Shown here: one piece after another, positions 9,119-18,260 of the stretch
How positions within the stretch are numbered: position 1 is the first letter of the stretch
Layout: each line of letters begins with the position of its first letter
DNA from: a virus
Virus record (IMG/VR): IMGVR_UViG_3300007511_000019
DNA length: 64,000 bases
Reading direction: 5' to 3' (one strand)
Translations under genes and position numbers: made by a program
Notes under the pieces: generated by a model
What the model was told of the DNA's origin: nothing
The model's input: only the letters and a program-made list of their open reading frames with translations
Databases searched by the model: none

Positions 9119-9721
9119 GTGCAACCACTACCAGGTGAATCTCTCCCGGAAGGCGAGATTCGTCGTCGACTACTTTCGATGCTGCGGGACGCACACAAGT
9201 GGTTATTTGTAAGCCCATCCGAGAAATCCTTCCTCACCGTCCTACGTATAATACAACCGCTGGTTGACGTGGACGATGAGGAAGTTGCGGCTGAGGCCGT
9301 TGACGCGTACACTATTGAAACCTCTGAGGGCGGCACGATCTACCTGCTGGCCTTCCCGAAGGAACTTCTTACACCTGCTAAGCTACTTCAGCGACTACAG
9401 GCTGTAAACGAACTTCCACCTGACTTAGGATCAGCCGACTGGATCGAGCGAGTTGAGCACGCAAACGTTATTACTCCGACGTGTCCGCCACAAGAGTTGG
9501 CGGCGATGCTGTCCTGGCTCTCTAAGCTCGTATCCGCCGAAGTCGAGATCAATGCCATGGCTACCTACCATGCAGAAAACAGCAGTGATCTGTCTGACGA
9601 AATCTTCAAAGCCTTAGGCGTAGCGGGACTCTCGGCCCTACACGAGGAGACCGGGTTTGAACTTTTTGACAAGCCTGAGGAGCGAGCACACCCGTACTAC
9701 GCACCGTTTAGCGATAACTAG
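9119..9721 (+). CDS. hypothetical protein
   Basis: ORF of 200 aa. Confidence 0.4.
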   Translation: MQPLPGESLPEGEIRRRLLSMLRDAHKWLFVSPSEKSFLTVLRIIQPLVDVDDEEVAAEAVDAYTIETSEGGTIYLLAFPKELLTPAKLLQRLQAVNELPPDLGSADWIERVEHANVITPTCPPQELAAMLSWLSKLVSAEVEINAMATYHAENSSDLSDEIFKALGVAGLSALHEETGFELFDKPEERAHPYYAPFSDN

Positions 9722-9764
9722 AGAGGAGTCGCATGGTCCCGACAACAAAGGAAGGATCGAAACA

Positions 9765-10307
9765 ATGACTACACAGTGTCAGCGGTACCTGGAGCTAACT
9801 GTAAGTTCCGAAGGAGTAATTCACCCGTCCGTAGGTGACTGCAGCTATTGTGGCAGCATACGACCACTGATCGCGGTCATGGACACGATCAGATACGAGG
9901 CCGGTAGGTGGACAGCACGTTGTCCCAATTGCAGTCGCGAACGTCAGGAAATCAGTGTCCTAAACTTCTTCGACGACAACGCCTGGTCTGTTGATCTGTC
10001 AAAACTTCGACAGTCGCTGCTGGACGAGTTTCGTCGGCGACAGAAACCGATCCCGTTTCCTGACCGTACCGGTACCGATACTTACCGCCGGTCGCGTCGG
10101 TTACGAAACCCTGGGCGTAACGGTGATCCGCCAGCATCGCCCCACAATTACTACGAACACGGTTCTGCCATATTCTCCCAGCCGTTTCACGACGAAATGT
10201 CCGGACGGACATACAGTGCGGGTTGTCAAACCTGCGGTTGCGAGCGGTGTCGTTTGTCTCGAGATCGCATCGCTCAAAGGATGTGGGAGGAAGAAGGGTT
10301 AAGGTAA
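9765..10307 (+). CDS. hypothetical zinc-ribbon protein (start at the internal ATG with RBS AAGGAAGGA)
   Basis: Cysteine pairs CSYCGS...CPNCS and a C-terminal CQTCGCERC are present. Confidence 0.4.
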   Translation: MTTQCQRYLELTVSSEGVIHPSVGDCSYCGSIRPLIAVMDTIRYEAGRWTARCPNCSRERQEISVLNFFDDNAWSVDLSKLRQSLLDEFRRRQKPIPFPDRTGTDTYRRSRRLRNPGRNGDPPASPHNYYEHGSAIFSQPFHDEMSGRTYSAGCQTCGCERCRLSRDRIAQRMWEEEGLR

Positions 10308-10600
10308 TGTTCATTCTGATTCGCTTGCTGATTGTTTTGGGGCTAGTCGCGGCCATCGTGTGGTTAGCCACTAAGCTGACGCATAGCCCATGGTTTGGAC
10401 GCCTTGTTGACGTATTTCTGGGGCACAAGCCCACTGACAGTGAATTGACTGGCAACATCGACGAAGCTCGAGCCGACCTTGCGAACAGGGTCGAGGCTAA
10501 CCGTCTTGAAGCCGAACGTCTTGACGCATCGCGTAGACGTCTGGAGGCACACGGCCTTGCAGACAAACAAGACCATGCAAATCCTGGCAAACCCAGGTAG
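10307..10600 (+). CDS. small membrane protein with one TM helix and a coiled-coil tail (start at the internal ATG)
   Basis: MFILIRLLIVLGLVAAIVWLA forms a TM segment, followed by a charged helical tail. The gene sits immediately upstream of the SPFH gene. Confidence 0.45.
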   Translation: MFILIRLLIVLGLVAAIVWLATKLTHSPWFGRLVDVFLGHKPTDSELTGNIDEARADLANRVEANRLEAERLDASRRRLEAHGLADKQDHANPGKPR

Positions 10601-10613
10601 GAGCAATTCACCC

Positions 10614-11960
10614 ATGGAACGTAAGCACTTTGCCTACGCAGCCGCCGCCGTTCTCGGCGTCGTCGCACTGATTGTTTTGTTTGGAAATATGGGGTACAAC
10701 CGCGACGACCAGTGGCAAATCCACCAGTCTGTTACGGGCAAGATCACGGTGATTGACCGTGGCGGTTACTACCTCAACATGTTCGGTACCGTAACTGACT
10801 ACCCGCGTTACCGTGACTCGTTCTACTCGGCCCACCACAAGGAAGGCGGTGAAGAGGACGATTCGATTCGGTGCACCTTTAACGACGGCGGCACCGCTAA
10901 GGTGTCGGTGTACGTTAGGTTCTCCACTCCCCCAGAGGAGGACCAACGTCGAGCATTCCACCGTGTGTATTCTGCGAACATTGACAACACCTCGCAGGCG
11001 GTACGGGCTCACCTTGTTAACTGCGTTAAAGCGGCGGCACCGCTAATGTCTGCTAGCGAGAACCAGGCGTCACGCAAAGCCGAGTTTGCTCAAGTCATTC
11101 AGAACATGATGCAAGACGGCCTATACGTGATGCGACAAACAAGAGTTACTCTCGAAGATCAGGCGTTGATCGAAGTAGAGGCCAACGCGGACGGTAAGGC
11201 TCCCGTTCTTCGCGAGAAGCCTACCGAGGTTATGGCGACAGAGATCGTGCGAGATACCGAGACAGGTAAGCCGCTGATCGCTGAAGCATCGCCACTGACC
11301 AAGTACGGTATCGGGGTTGAGCAATTCTCGGTTACCGATATTGACTATGATCCAGAGACCCTCAAACAGTTCGCTGCGAAGAAAGAATCGTTCTTGCTGG
11401 CGGAACAGGCTAAGGCCCAACGACAGCAGTTCGTACAAGAGAAGCTGAAGATCATCGCTGAAGGTGAATCTGAAGTTGCCCGTATCGAGCAAGAGGGAAA
11501 CAAAGAGAAGATGGCCGCGACAGTATCCGCCGAGAAAGAGGCGGCTGTGGCAATCATCAACAAAGATAAAGCCGTGACCGAGGCTACACAAAAGGTCGAG
11601 GTGGCCCAGCAAGAAAAGCTGGAAGCCGACACCCGATTTGAGATTGCCGAAGTCCAGGTCAAGATCGCGGAAGAGGATAAGAAGGCCGAGATTGCCGTCG
11701 CCGAAGCCAAACAAAAGGCTCTGGAGATCGGCGGTGCTCTGTCGGAAGAAGAACGCGTTCTTGCAGAGATCGCTGCCGAACGCGATGCTAAGGTCGCCAC
11801 AGCCCTTGCTGGGTTAAAGGTACCAGGCGTCGTCATCGTCGGCGGTAAAGGTAGTGACTCAGGTGGTGGCGGAGAAAATCTCCAAAGCAATCTGATCAAC
11901 CTTACACTGTTGCGAGCCCTGGGGATCATTCCCAAAGACGCGACGAAGCCCGTCGAGTAA
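10614..11960 (+). CDS. SPFH/band-7 (flotillin/YqiK-like) membrane protein (start at ATG 10614 with RBS AGGTAGGAG)
   Basis: An N-terminal TM segment (AAAAVLGVVALIVLF) is followed by an SPFH-like globular region. The long C-terminal E/A/K/Q-rich coiled coil (AEQAKAQRQQFVQEKLKIIAEGESEVARIEQEG...) is typical of flotillin/HflKC-type proteins. Confidence 0.65.
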   Translation: MERKHFAYAAAAVLGVVALIVLFGNMGYNRDDQWQIHQSVTGKITVIDRGGYYLNMFGTVTDYPRYRDSFYSAHHKEGGEEDDSIRCTFNDGGTAKVSVYVRFSTPPEEDQRRAFHRVYSANIDNTSQAVRAHLVNCVKAAAPLMSASENQASRKAEFAQVIQNMMQDGLYVMRQTRVTLEDQALIEVEANADGKAPVLREKPTEVMATEIVRDTETGKPLIAEASPLTKYGIGVEQFSVTDIDYDPETLKQFAAKKESFLLAEQAKAQRQQFVQEKLKIIAEGESEVARIEQEGNKEKMAATVSAEKEAAVAIINKDKAVTEATQKVEVAQQEKLEADTRFEIAEVQVKIAEEDKKAEIAVAEAKQKALEIGGALSEEERVLAEIAAERDAKVATALAGLKVPGVVIVGGKGSDSGGGGENLQSNLINLTLLRALGIIPKDATKPVE

Positions 11961-11992
11961 ACGTGAGTTGCCAACGCAACTGCTGAAGTGAA

Positions 11993-12028
11993 GCACCGGG
12001 ACCCAAAGATCCCGGTGCTTTTGCTTTT
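11993..12028 (+). terminator. rho-independent terminator after the SPFH gene
   Basis: The stem is GCACCGGGA / TCCCGGTGC with an 8-nt loop, followed by TTTTGCTTTT. Confidence 0.7.
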
Positions 12029-12051
12029 AACAACCATGGCTAGGAGTACGG

Positions 12052-12453
12052 ATGCCAACAACCAACCAACTGGTTCGCAAGAACCGCAGAAAGCCAAGGA
12101 ACAAGTCCAAGCACCGGCTGATGCAGGAAAACCCGCAGCGGCGAGGAACAGTGCTAAAGGCTTGGGTGATGTTGCCGCGTAAGCCCAACTCAGCTAACCG
12201 CAAGGTGTGTCGGGTCCGGTTTGCCGATGGCAACGAGGCGACGTGCCACATTCCGGGCGAAGGCCACAACATCGTGGAGCACAACACCGTGCTCGTGCGA
12301 GGCGGCGGCCCACCTGATCTGTCCGGCGTTAAGTACCGTGTTGTTCGCGGTACGCTTGACTGTATCGGCGTTACCGAAGGTGCTAACAAGCAGCGGCGAA
12401 ACCAAGGCCGCAGCAAGTACGGTTCGCCAAAACCGTCCAAAGCAAAGAAGTAG
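12052..12453 (+). CDS. rpsL: ribosomal protein uS12 (S12) homolog, bacterial type
   Basis: The match to bacterial S12 is near full length: [14 protein letters not shown]..., [51 protein letters not shown], and SKYG. An RBS (AGGAG) lies 9 nt upstream. Confidence 0.85.
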   Translation: MPTTNQLVRKNRRKPRNKSKHRLMQENPQRRGTVLKAWVMLPRKPNSANRKVCRVRFADGNEATCHIPGEGHNIVEHNTVLVRGGGPPDLSGVKYRVVRGTLDCIGVTEGANKQRRNQGRSKYGSPKPSKAKK

Positions 12454-12610
12454 ACGATCGTGGTGTTCTGGCGAGTGATTTTTCATGGAGGAGCCCTCAT
12501 CGCTTTGGGACGGAGTCCCAACAAGGATCAGGGATTATCCAGTGGCGAGGGCAGTCGCCGCCGAATTGGAGTTGGCTCTTGCCAGAACACCTTTTTTACA
12601 TGGAGGGCAC

Positions 12611-13147
12611 ATGACCACCATACCTGAGTTGAAACCTTGCGATTGCGGCGTCAAGCCTGTGGTGTTTGGCGAAGCCCTGATGCTGAGTATCCGCTGCCCG
12701 ACCTGCAGTGGCCAATTTATTATGGGAGTAGATGTTCCAGATTTACGTGATCGCTGGAATAACGGCGAACGCGGGGTTGTGGCTAACTACAACCGCCCGG
12801 CCCGGCCTAACGTGGTCGATCTCGACGAAACATCGGATTACCCGCCCCTCAAGCCTCTACCCAAGCTGGGCATAGTTTGCACTATCGACCGAGTTAAGCC
12901 ACCCACCTTCTGGGATCGGCTGTGTGCCTCATTTTCCCAGGGGGGAAGATGTTACCTCGAGTTCGCTGCTTTGCATCCTTCCGCGTTTGTAATCGAGTGG
13001 GAACCAAAGTTTCGGGTATTATTCGGGCATCGAACTTACCTGGACGACCAAGGCCAACCATTCGCTACGAGAAAAGCTGCTGAGCAGTACGAAGCCGTCC
13101 TGATTAGGCGGCGTTGCTTCGAGGTGCAGGATAGCCGCCGCTCCTAA
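12611..13147 (+). CDS. Lar-family-like zinc-ribbon protein (start at ATG 12611 with RBS GGAGGG)
   Basis: ELKPCDCGVKP...IRCPTCSGQF...DLRDRWNNG resembles the Lar restriction-alleviation family signature (LKPCPFCG...C..CG...W). Confidence 0.4.
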   Translation: MTTIPELKPCDCGVKPVVFGEALMLSIRCPTCSGQFIMGVDVPDLRDRWNNGERGVVANYNRPARPNVVDLDETSDYPPLKPLPKLGIVCTIDRVKPPTFWDRLCASFSQGGRCYLEFAALHPSAFVIEWEPKFRVLFGHRTYLDDQGQPFATRKAAEQYEAVLIRRRCFEVQDSRRS

Positions 13148-13219
13148 TCGGAGAGGTGGCTAGGGCGAGGGAGGGCTCTATCCGAACCACTCCCCCTCGC
13201 TTTAGCTATTAGCTGCTGC

Positions 13220-13247
13220 TTGACAAATTGCTCTTGACAGGGATAAT
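13220..13247 (+). promoter_or_regulatory. sigma70-like promoter: TTGACA-16 nt-GATAAT, with a second TTGACA copy
   Basis: TTGACA is at 13220-13225, a second TTGACA at 13234-13239, and GATAAT at 13242-13247. The preceding hairpin (13185-13220) resembles a terminator. AGGAG lies 7 nt before the ATG at 13286. Confidence 0.5.
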
Positions 13248-13285
13248 CTAAAGGAGAACCGGTTCATCCTCCTTAGGAGCAGCGA

Positions 13286-14020
13286 ATGTCCAACATCCCG
13301 TTAGTGACTGCTGTAATGGTCACCGGGAAGGATCCTGAAAGAGCACCGTATGCTCTGGCGGCAGTACAGAGCTTCTTGTCGCAAACCTGGCCCAATAAGG
13401 AATTGGTCATCATCAATGACGGCAAAGTGCCGTTGTTACCGTTCCTGTCTACCAGTTTACCCCCTGGTACCGATATTAGAGAATCGACATTTCCGTCAGG
13501 AGCTTACACACTAGGCGATCTTCGTAACAAAGGCTTAGAGAAAGCTGACGGCGAATGGGTTATACAGTGGGACGATGACGACTGGTACCATCCTTGGCGA
13601 ATCGCTATGCAGATGGACGAGGCCGTTGACGACCACGCCGTTTTGCTAAAGTGTCAAGTCCGATACAGTTTTCCTAACGATTCTGCGAAAGCTTTTCGGT
13701 GGCCTTACAAACCCAACCCGGCCATTCCCGGCACCGTTCTGCACCCCAACAAACCAGGCCTGGCCTATCGTTCTGAGCGTAAAGCTGAGGACGACCACTT
13801 TTTGCAAGACCACTTCAAGGACAAAATGATCGTTCTTGATAATGCAGCCAACCCGCACCTCTACTTGCGGTTTTTCACAGGACACAACACGTGGGACCAT
13901 TTCCACGTCATGGGTCTGCACGCTAACCCGGACCATAAAGGTAGGTGGACCTTACCAGAAGAATCTTCTGATTACCTTCGTACGGTCATTGACACCCACT
14001 ACAAATTTGCGGTTAGCTAA
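13286..14020 (+). CDS. glycosyltransferase family 2
   Basis: VTAVMVTGKDPERAPYALAAVQSFLSQTWPNKELVIINDG matches the GT2 N-terminal block, and there is a DXD motif (QWDDDDWYH). Confidence 0.65.
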   Translation: MSNIPLVTAVMVTGKDPERAPYALAAVQSFLSQTWPNKELVIINDGKVPLLPFLSTSLPPGTDIRESTFPSGAYTLGDLRNKGLEKADGEWVIQWDDDDWYHPWRIAMQMDEAVDDHAVLLKCQVRYSFPNDSAKAFRWPYKPNPAIPGTVLHPNKPGLAYRSERKAEDDHFLQDHFKDKMIVLDNAANPHLYLRFFTGHNTWDHFHVMGLHANPDHKGRWTLPEESSDYLRTVIDTHYKFAVS

Positions 14021-14953
14021 ATGCCAGAATCCATCCAACAATATCTGATCACTGGAGCCAACGGCCAGCTAGGGATGGAACTGGTGCGGCAGCTGGGCGA
14101 GGAGTCTGTAATAGCCAAGCCCCGCGAGACCTTCAACGTATCCGACATGACGAAGGTCAAGGAACTGATTCCTTTGCTGCGACCAGCCGCTGTTATCCAT
14201 ACCGCTGCTATGACGGATTGGGTTACTGCCGAACACAAGCGGAATGATTGCTGGCAGACTAACGTTCAGGGGACGGACAATCTCGTTAAGGTATGTGCCT
14301 TGCACGGGATTCCTTTTGTACATATCAGTTGTGACAGTGTTTTCGGCTCCAACCGCGACCCTAGGCCGCGTACGGAGACCGATCCGGTGGTGCCTTGCCA
14401 CCAACTGGCTATTACGAAAGCATGTGCTGAGCACAGCGTGCTCCGACTTGGGCAATGTGTTTGCCCCGAGTTTTGGCAAAAAGGCTTCCGGTACTGGGTT
14501 ATTCGCACAGGACTTCTGTACGAACGCCCATGGCGACAAAACCAGAACCTCGTCAGCCGGATACTTCGTCAAGCGGATAACCGCCGTGGCGAAGAGGTGT
14601 CCCTTGCTTCCGACATGATCTTCACTCCGACATACGCTCCGCACCTGGCCAAGGCTCTGGTCTGGTTGGTGCGGCACTACCGTGAAATGCCGTCGGGTGT
14701 ATACCACGTTGGCAATCTAGGTCACTGTTCTGCCTACCAGTTTGGGCAAGAAATCTCGTCAAATTCACGACGTCCGCTAAAGATCCGGTCAACTACACGC
14801 GAACAGATGTCGCAGGCCTTCGGTGGCTGGGACGCTAAGCTCCTGCCATACCATACGGCTCTCGACTGTAGCAAATTCGCTGATGTAGTACCTATTCCTC
14901 TGCCGGATTGGCGGGAAGGTGTCGAGCAATTTTCGCTTGACTACGAGAGTTAA
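14021..14953 (+). CDS. RmlD-like NAD(P)H-dependent 4-ketoreductase (dTDP-4-dehydrorhamnose reductase family)
   Basis: The N-terminal LITGANGQLGMEL motif, followed by VIHTAAMTDWVTAEHKRNDCWQTNVQGTDNLVKVCALHGIPFVHISCDSVFG, matches the RmlD substrate-binding-domain family. Confidence 0.65.
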   Translation: MPESIQQYLITGANGQLGMELVRQLGEESVIAKPRETFNVSDMTKVKELIPLLRPAAVIHTAAMTDWVTAEHKRNDCWQTNVQGTDNLVKVCALHGIPFVHISCDSVFGSNRDPRPRTETDPVVPCHQLAITKACAEHSVLRLGQCVCPEFWQKGFRYWVIRTGLLYERPWRQNQNLVSRILRQADNRRGEEVSLASDMIFTPTYAPHLAKALVWLVRHYREMPSGVYHVGNLGHCSAYQFGQEISSNSRRPLKIRSTTREQMSQAFGGWDAKLLPYHTALDCSKFADVVPIPLPDWREGVEQFSLDYES

Positions 14954-15214
14954 GTCCATATTGGTGCAGCACATGCGATCGTGGTAAACTATTGGGCTGT
15001 TCAACAGGCCGAAGGCACCGGCTGGTTTGGAGACGCCTCTGCTCCGGAAAAGGAAACGAGCAAGCGTCCGGCAACCGTACTTGGTAACAACCGTGGTACG
15101 GGAGGTGGAGTGGTGGGTGTGCCTATTAGACGCCACAGTAACCGGTCAGAAAAGCCGGTAGGTCCTCGGGAGGGGAATCCGGGGTGTTGAGCACTCGTAA
15201 TGGAAACTAACTGA

Positions 15215-15664
15215 ATGAATCATCACGATGAACATCCAGAAGGGGCAGCCATGGACGGTAAAATCATTGAAGTCTTGGACCGGCTCGCTGATCGGCTACA
15301 CGATCAGGAACAACCGTCCGGCCTGTTGTCGATCGAAAAGATCGTCGCGGCGGTCATCATGTTACTTGTCACCGGTGTATGTCTTTGGGTTGGATCATCC
15401 TTGACCACGATGACTCAAAAGGTGATCGAGCTTCAGGCCAACGTTTCACACCAGAGCCAGACAGTCGCCGAACTCAAGGCGGAGGTTCGCGACTTACGTA
15501 CTGGGGCACTCAGTACCAGCACGAATAACACACAAAACATTCAACTCATTCTCGAGCGAATGAAAGCCGACGACGCCCGAGAGATTCGCGACGACGAAAC
15601 CATCGCAGAGATCCGTCGACAGATCCAGGCATTACAGGAACAAGTTAGAGGTAACAAACCGTGA
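15215..15664 (+). CDS. membrane protein with a coiled-coil region
   Basis: A central TM helix (VAAVIMLLVTGVCLWVGSSL) is flanked by charged helices. Confidence 0.4.
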   Translation: MNHHDEHPEGAAMDGKIIEVLDRLADRLHDQEQPSGLLSIEKIVAAVIMLLVTGVCLWVGSSLTTMTQKVIELQANVSHQSQTVAELKAEVRDLRTGALSTSTNNTQNIQLILERMKADDAREIRDDETIAEIRRQIQALQEQVRGNKP

Positions 15665-16176
15665 GCCTGTATCGTCCCAGTACAGTAACGACGCCAGGCC
15701 AGGCCCTCTACGAGCTGTCTCACGACTTCGTGAAGGTCTCCAGCAAACCATGGCTGTCGTATGGGCTGGCAGGCAAACTCTATATCTCCAACTCCGGCTG
15801 GGGCCTGCTTAGCGTCCCAAACGCCCTTGTTCACGGTGCTTTCGACGCCCTGGAAGAACCCGGCGTAGAGCTGCCGCGACAGGACAGCGGGACATTTAAT
15901 GCCCATATTTCTGTCTTTCGCAAGGACGAAATCGATAAAATCGGGGGATCTGGCAAAATCAGGGAACGCGGTCACACTTTTCGGTACACCCTCGGACCGG
16001 TAAAATGTGTGAAGCCCTATGGTTGGGACGAAATGTCCAAAGTGTGGATGATCGAGGTCCACTCACCCGAACTACAGAACCTGCGGAAAAGCTACGGGCT
16101 ATCTGCGTTGCCCAAGGACAATAGGTTCAAGTTCCATATCACCATAGGAGTCCGACGCAAGAACGCATTCAAGTAA
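15661..16176 (+). CDS. 2H phosphoesterase superfamily protein (LigT / cyclic phosphodiesterase-like)
   Basis: Two H-x-T/S-x motifs are present (AHISVF and FHITIG), spaced about 90 aa apart as in LigT/CPDase. The GTG start overlaps the upstream stop (GTGA). Confidence 0.55.
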   Translation: MSLYRPSTVTTPGQALYELSHDFVKVSSKPWLSYGLAGKLYISNSGWGLLSVPNALVHGAFDALEEPGVELPRQDSGTFNAHISVFRKDEIDKIGGSGKIRERGHTFRYTLGPVKCVKPYGWDEMSKVWMIEVHSPELQNLRKSYGLSALPKDNRFKFHITIGVRRKNAFK

Positions 16177-16198
16177 CGTCTACCCTAACGGAGTAGTA

Positions 16199-16651
16199 AT
16201 GGGCGACTACACTGTGCGACTTGAATACAGGCCAGGGGACAAGAACGACCATCTCGCCGAGGTCATCCGTCGCCTGGACGAAAAGTGCTTTCCGGACAAG
16301 GACGTACATCGAGAGCCGTTTGGTACAACCTGGTGGTGGATCGCCAGGGATAAGACTAACGGATCACCTGTTGGCTATGCTGGCCTCAGGTATCTTACAA
16401 AACCCGATGACTGTGCCTACTTCTGCCGAGCTGGGGTGATTGCCTCGCATCGTGGACAGGGGTTGCAAAAACGCCTCATACGGGCCAGAGTGGCGTATGC
16501 AAGGCGGCAAGGTTGGTCGGGTGTTTTGACGTACACTTCCGCCGACAACTATCCGTCGGCAAATTCTCTCGTCAGCCAAGGCTTTCGGCTTTACAGCCCA
16601 AGCTTCGCATGGTCTGGTAGAGAGATGTTGTATTTTCGACTATTGTTCTAG
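16199..16651 (+). CDS. GNAT family N-acetyltransferase
   Basis: Motif A is RGQGLQKRLI, and the GNAT-like beta/alpha layout is recognisable. Confidence 0.65.
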   Translation: MGDYTVRLEYRPGDKNDHLAEVIRRLDEKCFPDKDVHREPFGTTWWWIARDKTNGSPVGYAGLRYLTKPDDCAYFCRAGVIASHRGQGLQKRLIRARVAYARRQGWSGVLTYTSADNYPSANSLVSQGFRLYSPSFAWSGREMLYFRLLF

Positions 16652-16659
16652 AGGACATA

Positions 16660-17016
16660 ATGACTAAAGCAGATCTCCAGAGCCGCATCGCAACAGCGGC
16701 ACAAGGCGAGCTAGGAGGCCCACAAACAAGCCAGGGGAACAGCCCCCGCCTATTGGAGCAAATCATGGCAGCAGGAGAGCAACGAGCTGAACGCAAGATT
16801 GGTCGCGTCGAGTACTCAGAGGAAGAGTGGGCAGAACTGATGGAGCTGATTCAGGCATGGTACGACGGCGACAACCCGGTATTAGCCGAAATGACTGTAT
16901 GGACGCTGCAAAAAGAGATTAAACGTTTCATGCCACGTACGCCCTCGCCAAATACTTTCATCAAGTATTTGCAGGACAACAATCTCATGCCTAACCGAGA
17001 AAGCACTGACAAGTAA
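16660..17016 (+). CDS. hypothetical protein
   Basis: ORF of 118 aa. Confidence 0.4.
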   Translation: MTKADLQSRIATAAQGELGGPQTSQGNSPRLLEQIMAAGEQRAERKIGRVEYSEEEWAELMELIQAWYDGDNPVLAEMTVWTLQKEIKRFMPRTPSPNTFIKYLQDNNLMPNRESTDK

Positions 17017-17019
17017 CCC

Positions 17020-18213
17020 ATGGCCAAAAAGAAGCAGTCCCTCAAAGAGCAGGTAGAAGCTCGAGGACAGGAGGCCCAGGTAGCCGCAGACGACCGTGTG
17101 CGGCTTCTGACCAAGGAAAACAAACGCCTCTCTTCACAGCTATCGCGGGCCAAGTCCGACGCGGCTGTGTACATTCAAGAGGCCAAAGACATTCTCGGAG
17201 AGCAAGTTACATTTGTGCTTGCCCCACCCGAGGTTGCCCCTGACGACAAGCGTAAGGGCATTCGCGAGGAACGCCCCGTATTCTGTTTGGGTGACGCTCA
17301 CTTCGGACACTACGAGCCCAAAGGCCCGCACAAGTTCGATAAAGACATCGCCCGCGAACGTGTGCTGCAAGCCACTAGCAAGTTCATTGCTACTACAAGG
17401 GACAGGCGAAGCAGTGCCCGTATTGATACGTGCCATCTCTACTTCATCGGCGATATGGTCGAAGGTGAGATGATGCGGCTGGGGCAAGCACACGGTATCG
17501 ATAGCCCTGTGTTCCTGCAGGCGATGTATCACGCCCCTGGTGCTATGGCTGAAGCCATCGTAGCCCTGGCGGCTGAGTTCAAAGAACTGATCATCGTCGC
17601 AGTCCCGGGCAACCACGGACGTAACGGGCGGTTCGGTAACGGTGCCCACCCCATGACTAACTGGGATCGCGTAGCCTACCAAACCTGTCGACACATGGTC
17701 GAGTCTGCCTTACTCAAGCTGGGTAAGAAAGGCGAGAAGCTGTGGAAGCGTATCAAGTGGAATCTGCCTACCGATCGCTCGTTGGACGAAGACTGTCCGG
17801 ACGACGACTACTTGGCAATCGACTACGTGTTCGATTGGTGTAACTGCCTAGCCCATGGTGAAAACCTCAGGGGTAAAGGTTGGGGCGGTATTCCGTTCTA
17901 CGCTGTCGAAAAGATGGTTACCCGATACGACGCCATCCTCGACGACCCGATCGACTTTATGTACATGGGTCATATCCACGTACATGCAAGCATCCCGTCG
18001 AATTATCGGCAGGTGTTCGTGAACGGGGCGATCGAGTCCAGCACAACGTTCGTCCGAAAGGAACTCATGTCGGCGAACCCTCCGAGTCAATCGGCAGTGT
18101 TCTACGATCCGGAATTGGGACCGATTAGCGAACACACGTTCTATCTGTGTGATCGATTCCCGTCAGGCACGCGAGTCATGTCGGCACTCAAGAACCGGGG
18201 GATCATCCAGTGA
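17020..18213 (+). CDS. calcineurin-like metallophosphoesterase with an N-terminal coiled coil (phosphatase or SbcD/Mre11-like nuclease)
   Basis: All four MPP motifs are present: CLGDAHFGH, IGDMVEG, GNHGRNG and MGHIHVH. Confidence 0.65.
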   Translation: MAKKKQSLKEQVEARGQEAQVAADDRVRLLTKENKRLSSQLSRAKSDAAVYIQEAKDILGEQVTFVLAPPEVAPDDKRKGIREERPVFCLGDAHFGHYEPKGPHKFDKDIARERVLQATSKFIATTRDRRSSARIDTCHLYFIGDMVEGEMMRLGQAHGIDSPVFLQAMYHAPGAMAEAIVALAAEFKELIIVAVPGNHGRNGRFGNGAHPMTNWDRVAYQTCRHMVESALLKLGKKGEKLWKRIKWNLPTDRSLDEDCPDDDYLAIDYVFDWCNCLAHGENLRGKGWGGIPFYAVEKMVTRYDAILDDPIDFMYMGHIHVHASIPSNYRQVFVNGAIESSTTFVRKELMSANPPSQSAVFYDPELGPISEHTFYLCDRFPSGTRVMSALKNRGIIQ

Positions 18214-18260
18214 GATGGTGATCTAAATAAGCCAGACCTTCGCGTCACAATAAATTGGTA

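Noticed and set aside
10479-10613. Upstream extension of the SPFH ORF to 10479
   Set aside because: It overlaps the preceding membrane-protein gene. The ATG at 10614 has a well-spaced RBS and starts right at the N-terminal TM helix.
9952-10668. 238-aa minus-strand ORF rich in Arg/Ser
   Set aside because: It overlaps three + strand genes and has shadow-frame composition.
11345-12097. 250-aa ORF on the minus strand
   Set aside because: It is entirely antisense to the well-supported SPFH gene and has Ser/Ala/Arg-rich shadow-frame composition. All credible genes in the window are on the + strand.
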